A DNA stretch of 64,000 nucleotides from an uncultured Oscillospiraceae bacterium (lineage in GTDB: Bacteria; Bacillota; Clostridia; Christensenellales; Aristaeellaceae): positions 4,324 through 68,323 of the forward strand of contig CAYFQH010000003.1 in NCBI GenBank assembly GCA_964345215.1. Direction: 5' to 3'. Every line of letters starts with the position of its first letter. The first letter of the stretch is position 1. Both the position numbers and the translations under genes were made by a program. Of the stretch, positions 8,544 through 18,143 are shown one piece after another. The notes below the pieces were generated by a model, which saw nothing but the letters and a program-made list of their open reading frames with translations, made no database searches and was not told where the DNA came from.

Positions 8544-9392
8544 TTATAAGCGCGACATGCTCAAGCAGGCGGCACATCCCCCTTCCCCCGTTTCCCGCAA
8601 GGCAGAGGGCATAGCGTCCCCCACCTCCTTCATGGCTTTAATTACCTCATCTACAGGGATGGGGCTTGAAATGCCGCAAAGGGCTAAAAAGGCGGCAGAC
8701 TGCACATTGCCAATGGCGCCTACATTTCGGTATACACAAGGTATTTCCACCAGGCCCTCTACCGGGTCGCAAACCAGGCCTAAAATGTTCATAATGGCAA
8801 AGGCACTGGCGGACAAAACCATTTGAGGGTTGCCCCCTTGAAGTTGCACCAAGGCCCCGGCGGCCATGGCGGCGGCGCTGCCGCACTCAGCCTGACAGCC
8901 GCCTTCTGCCCCGGAGATAGAGGCAGTTTCGGCAATGACCTTACCAATGGCTGCTGCTGTAAACAGGGCATCAATTAAGGCTTCGTCCGGATGGTTCATG
9001 GTTTCCTGGGCAGCAAAGAGAATGCCCGGTAAAATACCGCAAGCGCCGGCAGTAGGGGCGGCCACAATTTTGCCCATGGCTGCATTATTTTCTGCTACGG
9101 CCAGGGCATAGGCACAGGCTTTTTGAAAAAATTCCCCCATAAAATAGGTGGAGGCAGGGGTTGCAGCCAACAAAGAGGACTGACCTCCCACCCGGCCGGA
9201 CATGGAGCGAAGGGCTGGATTTAGGCCGGCAGAAATACTCTGTTTCATAACTTCAAGGGCTTTTGCCATTTTTCGATTTAAAGCTTCCTGGGTAATTTGC
9301 AGCGCTTCACTTTCAAGGCGGCGGGCACATTGGCCCAAGCTCTCTTGGCTGTTTTGGCTTGTTGATAATAAATCCATTAGGGTATAAATCAT
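8544..9392 (-). CDS. sdaAA: L-serine dehydratase, iron-sulfur-dependent, alpha subunit
   Basis: PTAGACGILPG motif. Overlaps the stop of the beta subunit by 4 nt. Confidence 0.9.
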   Translation of the reverse strand: MIYTLMDLLSTSQNSQESLGQCARRLESEALQITQEALNRKMAKALEVMKQSISAGLNPALRSMSGRVGGQSSLLAATPASTYFMGEFFQKACAYALAVAENNAAMGKIVAAPTAGACGILPGILFAAQETMNHPDEALIDALFTAAAIGKVIAETASISGAEGGCQAECGSAAAMAAGALVQLQGGNPQMVLSASAFAIMNILGLVCDPVEGLVEIPCVYRNVGAIGNVQSAAFLALCGISSPIPVDEVIKAMKEVGDAMPSALRETGEGGCAACLSMSRL

Positions 9393-10057
9393 GAAATACT
9401 CCTCTTTTCCAAAAAGATTGCGCTGTACACCTGAGGCAGCCCTTCTATTTCCTTAATAAGGGCGGTGGAAATGGGGCTGTCCATCTCTAAGACCATAATG
9501 GCTTTTTTACCGGCGCTTTTTCTAAAAACTTTCATGGTTGCAATATTAATATCGTTGGCCGCTATTAAGGCGCTGACATCGGCAATGGCACCCTTTTCAT
9601 CTTGGTGTTGAATAATCAGGGTATGTTCATCCCCGTTAAAGGAAACCTCCATGCCGTTTAGCTGTTTGATTACAATATTTCCCCCGCCAATAGAGGAGCC
9701 CAACACTGTTACCTTTTTGCCCGTTTTGCCAATGGCTTTAATGATTACCGTGTTGGGGTGGGCTTCTTTTAGGTTGATGTGCTCAAAAATAATCTCAAGG
9801 CCTTGCTTTTTGGCGGTCGTAAGGCTTTCGCGCAGGCCTTCATCATCTACTTCCATGTTTAAAAGGCCGCCCACCAGGGCCCGATCGGTGCCGTGGCCGG
9901 TATACGTCTTGCTAAATGAGCCGTGAAGACTTATAATGGCCTGTGCAGGCTCCTCGTTTAAGAGGCGGCGGGCAATCAGGCCAATTCGTGCTGCGCCGGC
10001 GGTGTGGGAGCTGGAAGGCCCGATCATAATGGGGCCGATAATATCAAATAAATTCAT
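9389..10057 (-). CDS. sdaAB: L-serine dehydratase, iron-sulfur-dependent, beta subunit
   Basis: MNLFDIIGPIMIGPSSSHTAGA N-terminus and a C-terminal ACT-like domain. Start moved to the internal ATG (M15 of the track ORF). Confidence 0.9.
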   Translation of the reverse strand: MNLFDIIGPIMIGPSSSHTAGAARIGLIARRLLNEEPAQAIISLHGSFSKTYTGHGTDRALVGGLLNMEVDDEGLRESLTTAKKQGLEIIFEHINLKEAHPNTVIIKAIGKTGKKVTVLGSSIGGGNIVIKQLNGMEVSFNGDEHTLIIQHQDEKGAIADVSALIAANDINIATMKVFRKSAGKKAIMVLEMDSPISTALIKEIEGLPQVYSAIFLEKRSIS

Positions 10058-10141
10058 AAAACTCTCCTTTAAATGGGCTATAATGTTAGTATAAGGCACA
10101 AAAGGAAAAAGTCAATTTGCTTTAGAAAGGAAAGAAAAAGG

Positions 10142-10759
10142 ATGATCAGGCACATTGTTTTTGATATGGGAAACGTTCTGCTTTACTTTGATGAAAACCG
10201 GATAATTGAAAACTATACAAAAAAACCTGCGGAGGTCAAAGGGATTAAGGAGGGGCTTTTTTCCGGTTTGTGGGCCGAGCTTGATAAGGGAAGCCTTACC
10301 TATGATGAAGTAAAGGCCATTTTAAAAGAGAAAATGTCCCCTTCCTTGTATGCCATTACGGCAGATTTGCTGGACACATGGCATGAGCACATGCCTGTAA
10401 ACCATGAAATGGAACCGCTTTTAGCAGTCCTTAAAGACAATGGCTATAACCTGTACTTGCTTTCAAATGCCAGCACCCGCTTTGAGGTATACCAAGAGCG
10501 CATTCCGGCTCGCCACCTGTTTAGCGGCCTTGTTGTATCAGGCTACCACCAAAGTGTAAAGCCGGAAAAGCGTATTTACGAAATACTGTTTAACACCTAC
10601 CACTTGGTGCCCTCAGAATGTGCTTTTATTGATGATAACCCCGCGAATACGGCCGTAGGGGAAGAATTTGGCATGAGAACACATGTTTTTGACGGAAATA
10701 TCGGAGAATTGTTGGCTTTTTTTGATGAAATTGGTGTAGACTACCAAAAAGAATCCTAG
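10142..10759 (+). CDS. HAD-superfamily hydrolase (subfamily IA-like)
   Basis: Motif I FDMGNVL, motif II LLSNAS, motif IV FIDDN. Start at ATG 10142. Confidence 0.8.
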   Translation: MIRHIVFDMGNVLLYFDENRIIENYTKKPAEVKGIKEGLFSGLWAELDKGSLTYDEVKAILKEKMSPSLYAITADLLDTWHEHMPVNHEMEPLLAVLKDNGYNLYLLSNASTRFEVYQERIPARHLFSGLVVSGYHQSVKPEKRIYEILFNTYHLVPSECAFIDDNPANTAVGEEFGMRTHVFDGNIGELLAFFDEIGVDYQKES

Positions 10760-10844
10760 GCTTTTGGTTTACTAACGTAAAAAATGTGGTATAATATGCC
10801 CATGGAAATTCTTTCCCATACTTAAATATAGGAGGATGAACAAA

Positions 10845-11006
10845 ATGGATAAGTATTATTGTACAGTTTGCGGTTTTGTATATGACCCGGCAGAGGGCGA
10901 TCCTGACAGCGGCATTGCGCCAGGCACTCCCTTTGAAGAGATCCCCGATTCCTGGACTTGCCCCGTGTGTGGTGTTGATAAGTCCATGTTTCAAAAACAG
11001 CAATAA
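10845..11006 (+). CDS. rubredoxin (53 aa; absent from the ORF track because under 60 aa)
   Basis: Translates to [53 protein letters not shown], with two CxxCG knuckles and a GGAGGA RBS 7 nt upstream. Confidence 0.9.
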   Translation: MDKYYCTVCGFVYDPAEGDPDSGIAPGTPFEEIPDSWTCPVCGVDKSMFQKQQ

Positions 11007-11011
11007 GATAT

Positions 11012-11046
11012 AAAAGAGATGACCAAAGGGCATCTCTTTTATTTAT
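11012..11046 (+). terminator. rho-independent terminator after rubredoxin
   Basis: 10-bp stem AAAAGAGATG/CATCTCTTTT, 9-nt loop, T-rich tail. Confidence 0.65.
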
Positions 11047-11070
11047 ATGCAAACGATAGGGGTGAAAACC

Positions 11071-11496
11071 ATGGATTACAAGCGTTTTGAAAACACGATT
11101 ATTGTAAGAATTGACAGGGGAGAGGAAATATTAACAACCCTTGCTCAAGTAGGAAAAAAAGAAAAGGTTACCCTGGGTCATGTGCGGGCCCTTGGGGCAA
11201 CCAACCGCTTTACCATTGGGGTGTACAAACCTGATGAGAAAAAGTATTACAGCAATTCTTTTACGGGCGACTACGAAATAGTAGGCCTTACCGGCACCAT
11301 TACAACCATGGACAAAGGGTATTACGCCCATATTCACATGAGTGCCGGGGATGAACAGGGCAAGGTGGTGGGTGGCCATCTAAACGAAGCCTGGGTTAGC
11401 GTAACCTGCGAAATGGTGATTGAAGTGATTCCTGGGCGGGTGGAGAGAACCCGAGATGAAGCCCTTGGTATTAACCTGTTTGATTTTAATAAATAG
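11071..11496 (+). CDS. PPC (DUF296) domain protein
   Basis: Matches the PCC/DUF296 pattern (GEEILTTLAQ...GHVRALGA...AHIHMSAGDEQGKVVGGHL). Start at ATG 11071. Confidence 0.75.
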   Translation: MDYKRFENTIIVRIDRGEEILTTLAQVGKKEKVTLGHVRALGATNRFTIGVYKPDEKKYYSNSFTGDYEIVGLTGTITTMDKGYYAHIHMSAGDEQGKVVGGHLNEAWVSVTCEMVIEVIPGRVERTRDEALGINLFDFNK

Positions 11497-11706
11497 TCAA
11501 GCCTGTTTACCTAAAAGCTACTGGAAAAACCCTTATAGGGGTAAAGGCACCTCATAAAAGGGATACCATTTACTGGTGGGCGCTGGGCTATCGGTTGTTT
11601 CTGGGAGTTAAGGCCGCTAATAAGAGAAAAATAACCACGATCTTTTATGAAAAATGTTATTTGCCTGAGTGTTTATACATAATATGCATTAATTGTTGTG
11701 GTTGTA

Positions 11707-11735
11707 TTTACTTTTAACTACATCCATGTTAATAT
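11707..11735 (+). promoter_or_regulatory. promoter candidate for the hydrolase-membrane fusion gene
   Basis: TTTACT, 17 nt, TGtTAATAT (extended -10). Confidence 0.35.
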
Positions 11736-11827
11736 GGGGTACAAAAGCAAAATAATTAAAATAAAACGCAAAAATCAATACGTTATTGATCTGTTTTAAC
11801 TATTTTGCGGAAAAAAGGAGGATAGCT

Positions 11828-13687
11828 ATGGAGACAAGAAAATTTCGCGCAAAAAAATGGATTGTTGTAGCGGTTGTACTCATGGTTGTCAGCATGATTG
11901 GTGCTAATTTTATCCAAACCAGCGGCGGCAAAGTAGCCGTTAAGGATTTACGGTGGGAAACAACCCTGGGCCATCAAATGAGCGGCCTCCTTTTTGTGCC
12001 CCTTGGGGCATCAGCCGAGGAACCCCGCCCGGCCATTGTAGTTAGTCATGGCATGTATAACAACAGGGAAATGCAGGATTTAAACTTTGTCGAATTGTCC
12101 AGAAGAGGCTTTGTGGTGCTTTCGATGGACATGTTCCACCACGGTAATTCCGAAAGCTGGGGTACCTCCTCTGCCGATATTGTGCCGGGGATGTACGAGG
12201 CTGTAAAAATGTTGGATTCTCTACCCTATGTCAATTCAGAAAAAATTGGCATCACCGGGCACTCCCTTGGGGGCATGTCCAGCAACATGGCGGTCAATTT
12301 AGACAATCAGGCGGATAAGCAGTTAATCAGCGCTGTGCTTCTTAACTGTGCCGACCCTACTTATACTGTTACTCTGGTTCCCGCAACAGATACCCAGCCT
12401 GCTCAGGTAGAATACAGCAATATTTACGGTACCAGAGATGTTGGGGTGGTAGCGGCCCAGTATGACGAATGGTTTTTTATCCAGGACGATGGGCAAGGGG
12501 GTAAGACCGCACCTAGGGACTATATTAAAAATAGCAACGCCCAATCTTTTTTATATTACGGCACCGACCCAGAGGGCAAAGAAGCCCGTTTAGCAGATAC
12601 CGTGTATACCGATATGGTAGATGGACAAGAGGCCATGCGTGTCGCCTATACCCCTGCTATTATTCACCCTTGGTCCCACTTTTCTGCAAGATCAACCCAA
12701 GCCACCATCGGTTTTTTTGAACAGGCTTTGGGAGCCCCAAATCCCTTAGCACCGACAGACCAGGTGTGGCAGTGGAAAGTTGTTTTTAACTTGATCGGGC
12801 TTATTGGCTTTTTTATTTTCCTGGTCAACTTTGCTATTTATATGGTCTTTACACCAGCATTTGCATCCCTTAGGGCTGAAAAACCTATGGAGCCTATGAA
12901 CATTACAGGGAAAAAGAGCAAAGGCTGGTTCTGGGGTTCTTTACTTGCTGCTGCCATTTTTGCTACGGTGGTATATCTACCCATTTTGGATGGAGCAAAA
13001 GGCCATGTATCAGTTAAAGGGCTATGGCGGCAAAGCTCCCCGGCGGGCATTGGTCTATGGGCCCTGGCCTGCGGACTGTTTGCCATTGTAAGTATGTTTA
13101 TTAACCACCGTATAGCCAAGAAAAATCAAACTGCGGTTAATTTAAAGGACCGGGGTGTATTCATTCCTTTTGGGAAACTATGCAAAACCGCACTATTGGC
13201 CCTTATTGTACTGGTGGTATCCTACGGCTGGGTGTTTATAGCCGATTACTTCTTTAAAGTAGACTTTAGGGTGTGGGTAGTAGCGCTTAAAGCCTTTGAG
13301 GTAGATAAAATTGCTGTTGCCCTCTTCCCCAGCGCTATTTTCTTCCTGGTATTCTATATTGTTAACTCGGTAGCTGTAAACGGCTTTAACCATAACAACT
13401 TGTTCAAAAAAGAGTGGATGAATACAGCGCTGCTGGCCCTGGCAAATGGTATTCCTGCTATTGTTTTGCTGCTTATCCAATACATTTATTTCTTTATTAC
13501 AGGGCATCTGTTTTTCTCTTATAACATGTACATTGTGTGGCTTTTCCCCATGGTTGTAACACTGCCCTTAACGGTGGTTATCAACCGCAAGATTTACCGC
13601 CAAACGGGCAACCCCTATCTGGCAGGCATTATCAATGGTTTATTGGTTACCATTATCAGCTGCGCCAATACTCTAACTTGGCTGTAA
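11828..13687 (+). CDS. alpha/beta-hydrolase domain (GHSLGG nucleophile elbow) fused to a C-terminal polytopic membrane domain
   Basis: Start at ATG 11828 after AAGGAGG. N-terminal TM anchor, ~320-aa hydrolase domain (VVSHGM...GITGHSLGG), then ~280 aa of hydrophobic helices. Confidence 0.7.
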   Translation: METRKFRAKKWIVVAVVLMVVSMIGANFIQTSGGKVAVKDLRWETTLGHQMSGLLFVPLGASAEEPRPAIVVSHGMYNNREMQDLNFVELSRRGFVVLSMDMFHHGNSESWGTSSADIVPGMYEAVKMLDSLPYVNSEKIGITGHSLGGMSSNMAVNLDNQADKQLISAVLLNCADPTYTVTLVPATDTQPAQVEYSNIYGTRDVGVVAAQYDEWFFIQDDGQGGKTAPRDYIKNSNAQSFLYYGTDPEGKEARLADTVYTDMVDGQEAMRVAYTPAIIHPWSHFSARSTQATIGFFEQALGAPNPLAPTDQVWQWKVVFNLIGLIGFFIFLVNFAIYMVFTPAFASLRAEKPMEPMNITGKKSKGWFWGSLLAAAIFATVVYLPILDGAKGHVSVKGLWRQSSPAGIGLWALACGLFAIVSMFINHRIAKKNQTAVNLKDRGVFIPFGKLCKTALLALIVLVVSYGWVFIADYFFKVDFRVWVVALKAFEVDKIAVALFPSAIFFLVFYIVNSVAVNGFNHNNLFKKEWMNTALLALANGIPAIVLLLIQYIYFFITGHLFFSYNMYIVWLFPMVVTLPLTVVINRKIYRQTGNPYLAGIINGLLVTIISCANTLTWL

Positions 13688-13700
13688 AAATTGTAGCTAC

Positions 13701-13734
13701 AAAAAAGACCGGAGCGAAAACTCCGGTCTTTTTT
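13701..13734. terminator. bidirectional rho-independent terminator
   Basis: AAAAAAGACCGGAG-CGAAAA-CTCCGGTCTTTTTT. Confidence 0.85.
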
Positions 13735-13748
13735 AATGGGAATAAAGA

Positions 13749-14318
13749 TTATTTTAGCTCTTCTCCCCGAGCATTAAATAGAGGTAAGTGCTCTAAAAAG
13801 ATAATATCATCTCGTTTATGGGCAGCGCCTTCGGCTAAAATGGCCATACGGCCTGCAATAATGCCCCCGGCTTCCAGTACCAGCTGTTCTACAGCCTTGA
13901 GGGATTGGCCGGTGGAAATGACATCGTCAACCACCAAAATACGTTTGCCCTTCATTAAAGCGGCGTCGTCTGCATCTAAAAACAGTTGCTGCACATTGCT
14001 GGTGGTAATGGAACGCACCTGTACGGAAAAGACCTCCCGCATGTAGAGCTTAGCGGATTTACGGGCTAAAAAGTATTTGTTTTGTTTGCTTTGGCGGGCC
14101 ATTTCATATACTAGGGGAATGCCTTTTGACTCGGCAGTAATCATATAATCGTATTCTGGCGCTTTTTCGAGCAGGGCTTTGGCACTGGCAATGGTTAATT
14201 CCACATCGCCAAAAATAACAAAGGCTCCAATATACAAATCGTCATTTACACGAGAAATAGGCAGCTCCCGTTTTAAGCCTGCAATGGTGATGGGATAGTT
14301 TTTATTCATAACCAACAT
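13749..14318 (-). CDS. phosphoribosyltransferase family protein (purine PRT-like)
   Basis: PRPP-binding motif ILVVDDVISTGQS. Confidence 0.8.
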   Translation of the reverse strand: MLVMNKNYPITIAGLKRELPISRVNDDLYIGAFVIFGDVELTIASAKALLEKAPEYDYMITAESKGIPLVYEMARQSKQNKYFLARKSAKLYMREVFSVQVRSITTSNVQQLFLDADDAALMKGKRILVVDDVISTGQSLKAVEQLVLEAGGIIAGRMAILAEGAAHKRDDIIFLEHLPLFNARGEELK

Positions 14319-14459
14319 CCTTTTTAGTGATATGGAATTTCTTTCTACCTCTTATTATTATAGTAAAAAGGCCTAAAAAGTCAATAAAGGGAGCCGGTTT
14401 TTTATGTCAGCTCCCAAGTTATAATGATTTTATGTAAACGCCAGGCTATGGCCTCTGGA

Positions 14460-15167
14460 TTACAACTTTCGATTTAAAATGGATAAGATAAGGTTGCCAT
14501 TGTTAAATACCGTGGCCAAAAGGCTGCCGTCAATCAGCTGGTCGAATAAATCCACATGAATAATAGTACTGGCCAAGGGGACCAAGGTGAAGATTAGGTA
14601 GCAAAAAAGGATGCCCCTTAAAAAACCAAAAGCACCGCCTAAAAGGCTGTCGAAATGCTTGAGCATGGGAAACTGAAAGACAGCTCTTAAAAGATTAAGC
14701 ACAAGGGAGAGAACAATATATAAAACAATAAAGCAAAGTAAAAAACATAAAATATTGATGGAGGCTGACACGATGGTTTGCTTCATATAATCTTCTACTG
14801 TAGAGGCACCGATGGTTGCATATACTTGGTTTGTGATGTTATGGGCCAAGAGGTTGTTAAAGGGAAAGGGCAGGTTGGCATTTTGCAAGACACTGTCAAG
14901 GCTGCTTTGGGCAAGAGTAGCAACTTTTGTTAAGGAAAGCTCCAAATCCCCAATACGGGAGCCGGCATCGGTATAGTGCAGCAGGTTCATAACAATGCTT
15001 TGGTTATTTTGAATGGTGTTTGCAATGCTGGGGTAAACCAGGAAAGAGCCTAAAAAGGCTAGCAAGGCTGCTCCTACATTTAAAATGGACTGGATAAAGC
15101 CCCGATACAGGCCCCAAAGCAGGCTAATGGCGATAACGCCGAGGAGAAGATAGTCAACGATGTTCAT
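14460..15167 (-). CDS. cvpA: CvpA-family membrane protein
   Basis: MNIVDYLLLGVIAISLLWGLYRGF N-terminus typical of CvpA. Start moved to the ATG at 15167. Confidence 0.8.
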   Translation of the reverse strand: MNIVDYLLLGVIAISLLWGLYRGFIQSILNVGAALLAFLGSFLVYPSIANTIQNNQSIVMNLLHYTDAGSRIGDLELSLTKVATLAQSSLDSVLQNANLPFPFNNLLAHNITNQVYATIGASTVEDYMKQTIVSASINILCFLLCFIVLYIVLSLVLNLLRAVFQFPMLKHFDSLLGGAFGFLRGILFCYLIFTLVPLASTIIHVDLFDQLIDGSLLATVFNNGNLILSILNRKL

Positions 15168-15201
15168 AATATACTCCCTTCTATAAAAAACGAAACAGAC
15201 C

Positions 15202-16323
15202 TTAGGGCAGTTTAATGGCATAAACCTGATCTGCAATCACAACAAGGGCGACCTTGTCGCTGGTAATGCCAATGAAGTCCGTTGGAGGAGAGGGCAGGCT
15301 AGGCATGTTGAGGGAGCTGAAGTGCTGCCCCCCGGCCTCGGCTTTATAGATATATTGCTCCCCGAAGGCATAGATTGATTTTTCAACAACGCTGGCCCCA
15401 ATACAGGCTGAGGGCAGTGTGTAGCGGGTATCACTGGTGCCTGTAATCAGGCGCAATTCTCCAATTTGGTCCCGAGGGCCTGTTTGGGCCTCTGGAGCAA
15501 AGAGCATAGATAAGCTACCCTTGGCAGGCAGGTACTGATCGATTAAGCGCCAACCGTAGATAAGGGCTGCTTCTTGGATGTTCTCGGTACCTCGGTAATC
15601 GAAAGTGCGCATTTGCCGGGTATTGACCACCTTTAAGTTGGTATTATCATACAATACGGAGTATACCAGCGCATCGCCCAAAGAAAGGCTGCCAGTGTTT
15701 TTTTGCCCTACCTGAAAAGTCGTTAAGACATAATCGGGAACGGAGCCGTAAATATCAAAGGATAAGGTCCACATGTACTTGCCTTCATCCCCAAAAAATC
15801 CCATGTTTAAAAGGGCATAGCCGCTGTAGGCGTTAATTTCCTGGTCGATGTGGTTGCCATTTAAATCGATAATATATAAGTGGGGAGCCCCTTGTTCACC
15901 TGTTACAATGCCGACAAAATGAGTACCCACCGTGGCAAACTGAATGTTGCTGCGTAAGTTGTCGCTGTGGGTGGTATTGCCGCCACTGTCAACTACATAT
16001 ATTTGGGTGTTTGACCAGGCTACAACGTTCTTCCCGTCGGTGTGAAAGCCTGCGTCCTGCCCTAACTGTACAGACCAGCGGACTCCGCCGCTGGTGGTTA
16101 CACAGTGAAGAGACATGCCGTCGTAATAAAGTACATACTTTCCAAAGGGCTTTACTTCGTAACTGGCCGAAATGGATAAGGGGGTAGCGGTAATGTCGGC
16201 GGGGGAGAAAATGTTTGACACAAGGCGAATAACAGCAATCAAAATAATGATGGATAGAATGCCCACAAAAAGGGCGGTGCGCCTGCGCTTACGGGCCAGG
16301 TCCTGTTGAAGGTGACGTTGCAT
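15202..16323 (-). CDS. hypothetical membrane-anchored protein, probably a beta-propeller-like repeat ectodomain (DUF5711-like)
   Basis: Basic N-terminus plus one TM, then a repeated beta-strand-rich sequence with no catalytic motif. Tightly linked to cvpA. Confidence 0.55.
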   Translation of the reverse strand: MQRHLQQDLARKRRRTALFVGILSIIILIAVIRLVSNIFSPADITATPLSISASYEVKPFGKYVLYYDGMSLHCVTTSGGVRWSVQLGQDAGFHTDGKNVVAWSNTQIYVVDSGGNTTHSDNLRSNIQFATVGTHFVGIVTGEQGAPHLYIIDLNGNHIDQEINAYSGYALLNMGFFGDEGKYMWTLSFDIYGSVPDYVLTTFQVGQKNTGSLSLGDALVYSVLYDNTNLKVVNTRQMRTFDYRGTENIQEAALIYGWRLIDQYLPAKGSLSMLFAPEAQTGPRDQIGELRLITGTSDTRYTLPSACIGASVVEKSIYAFGEQYIYKAEAGGQHFSSLNMPSLPSPPTDFIGITSDKVALVVIADQVYAIKLP

Positions 16324-16488
16324 GGCATACTCCTTTATATCAAAGTGCTGTTAAAGCAAGATGGCAATAGCATATAGAAACTATCTTATTATAAACAATC
16401 CGGCCTAAGGCTGCAAGGCGTTTCAAAAAATGTTGCATTTTGCCCCCTTGGCTAACTGCCAAGTTACTTTATTAACAGCCATATTTCG

Positions 16489-16518
16489 TTGACATAAAGC
16501 GCCCGGCCAGTGTAAACT
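16489..16518 (+). promoter_or_regulatory. promoter candidate for the gcv operon
   Basis: TTGACA, 18 nt, TAAACT. Confidence 0.4.
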
Positions 16519-16635
16519 AAGAGGTAGAACAAGCCTTTTAAAACAGTATCAAAAAAAATGAGGACAGAATCAAACAAAGACGATATTGTTAATTTATTAG
16601 CGAAAAAAATTAAACGATTACAGGGAGGGAGCAAA

Positions 16636-17730
16636 ATGGAAAAGAAAACACCACTGTATGATCTGCACGTAGCCCAGGGAGGTAAAATGGTTCCCTATGC
16701 AGGCTTTTTAATGCCTGTTCAGTATAAAACCGGGGTGATTGAAGAACATTTGGCTGTGCGCAACCGCTGTGGCCTGTTTGATGTTTCCCATATGGGGGAG
16801 GTTATGTTGCAAGGGCCCGATGCCCTTAAAAACATTCAACACCTTTTAACCAACGACATGGCCGGCATGGAGCCCGGGCAGGCACGCTATAGCCCCATGT
16901 GCAACCACCAGGGGGGCATTGTAGATGACCTGTTGGTTTATTATCTGGGTGAGGACCAATACCTGTTGGTGGTCAACGCTGCCAACACTGATAAGGATGT
17001 AGCTTGGATTAAAGAACACTTGCTGCCGGGGGAGGTAACCTTTATAAACGCTTCGGACTCCTGGGGGCAACTGGCCCTTCAAGGGCCCCTTGCTCAGGCT
17101 GTTTTAGAAAAAGTGATTGAAAGCAAAGAGTTGATTCCCCAAAAATACTACCGTTTTAACCAAAATGTGATGGTGGCCGGGTGTAACTGCCTCCTATCCC
17201 GCACTGGTTACACCGGGGAGGATGGCTTTGAGCTTTACTGTAATAAAGAGGACACGGTAAAATTGTGGAACGCCCTTTTAGAGGCCGGCCATGAAGAAGG
17301 AATTATTCCCTGCGGCCTTGGGGCCAGGGATACCCTGCGCCTGGAGGCGGGCATGCCCCTGTACGGCCAGGAAATGGCCGATGACATTAGCCCTGTTGAA
17401 GCAGGCATCAGCTTTTTTGTAAAAATGAACAAAGATGAGTTTATCGGCAAAAAAGCCCTGGAAGAGAAAAAAGACCAGCCCCAGCGCAGGCGTATCGGCT
17501 TTGAAGTAACAGGCCGGGGCATTGCCAGGGAGGGGAATAAGGTTCTCCTTGGGGAAGAGGAGATAGGCACCGTTACCTCAGGTACTCTCTCCCCTTATAG
17601 CAAAAAGGCCATCGGTATGGCCTTGGTTAAGGAAAAACTGGCCGTGGACACCCCCATTGTTTTAGATGTACGGGGCCGTAAAATCGAAGGAAAGGTAGTA
17701 GCTCTGCCTTTTTATAAACGAAGCAAATAA
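16636..17730 (+). CDS. gcvT: glycine cleavage system T protein (aminomethyltransferase)
   Basis: MEKKTPLYDLH...GGKMVPYAGFLMPVQY. Start at ATG 16636 after GGGAGGGAG. Confidence 0.95.
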   Translation: MEKKTPLYDLHVAQGGKMVPYAGFLMPVQYKTGVIEEHLAVRNRCGLFDVSHMGEVMLQGPDALKNIQHLLTNDMAGMEPGQARYSPMCNHQGGIVDDLLVYYLGEDQYLLVVNAANTDKDVAWIKEHLLPGEVTFINASDSWGQLALQGPLAQAVLEKVIESKELIPQKYYRFNQNVMVAGCNCLLSRTGYTGEDGFELYCNKEDTVKLWNALLEAGHEEGIIPCGLGARDTLRLEAGMPLYGQEMADDISPVEAGISFFVKMNKDEFIGKKALEEKKDQPQRRRIGFEVTGRGIAREGNKVLLGEEEIGTVTSGTLSPYSKKAIGMALVKEKLAVDTPIVLDVRGRKIEGKVVALPFYKRSK

Positions 17731-17763
17731 AAAACATTAATCAATAATGAGGAGGACACAAAC

Positions 17764-18141
17764 ATGAATTTTCCTAAAGAACTAAAATACAGCAAATCCC
17801 ACGAATGGGTAAAAGAACTGGGCGAGGGTGTTGTGGAAATCGGTTTAACCGACCATGCCCAAGATGCTTTAGGCGACTTGGTATTTGTAAACCTGCCCGA
17901 AGAAGGGGATCAGGTAGCCATTGGGGATGCCTTTGGAGATGTGGAATCCGTTAAGGCTGTAAGCGATGTGTACAGCCCTGTTTCAGGCGAAGTGACCGAA
18001 GTAAATGAAGAACTTTTAGATGCCCCCGAAACCATTAACCAGGCCCCCTACGATGCTTGGCTGGTGCGCATTAAAGCCGAGGAAAGAGAGGATCTTCTTG
18101 ATGCGGCCGCCTATGAGCAATTTATTGCTGAGGAGGAATAA
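17764..18141 (+). CDS. gcvH: glycine cleavage system H protein
   Basis: Lipoyl-lysine motif [16 protein letters not shown]. Confidence 0.95.
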   Translation: MNFPKELKYSKSHEWVKELGEGVVEIGLTDHAQDALGDLVFVNLPEEGDQVAIGDAFGDVESVKAVSDVYSPVSGEVTEVNEELLDAPETINQAPYDAWLVRIKAEEREDLLDAAAYEQFIAEEE

Positions 18142-18143
18142 AA

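Noticed and set aside
13537-14046. 169-aa plus-strand ORF spanning the hydrolase gene end, the terminator and the PRT gene.
   Set aside because: It runs through a strong bidirectional terminator and is antisense to a well-supported PRT gene, so it is a shadow ORF.
16324-16635. Expected a tandem glycine riboswitch upstream of gcvT.
   Set aside because: I could not find the conserved GGAGAG / ACCGAAGGGGCAA / CTCTGGAGAG cores on either strand. The region is AT-rich with only a promoter-like motif. A covariance-model scan should confirm this.
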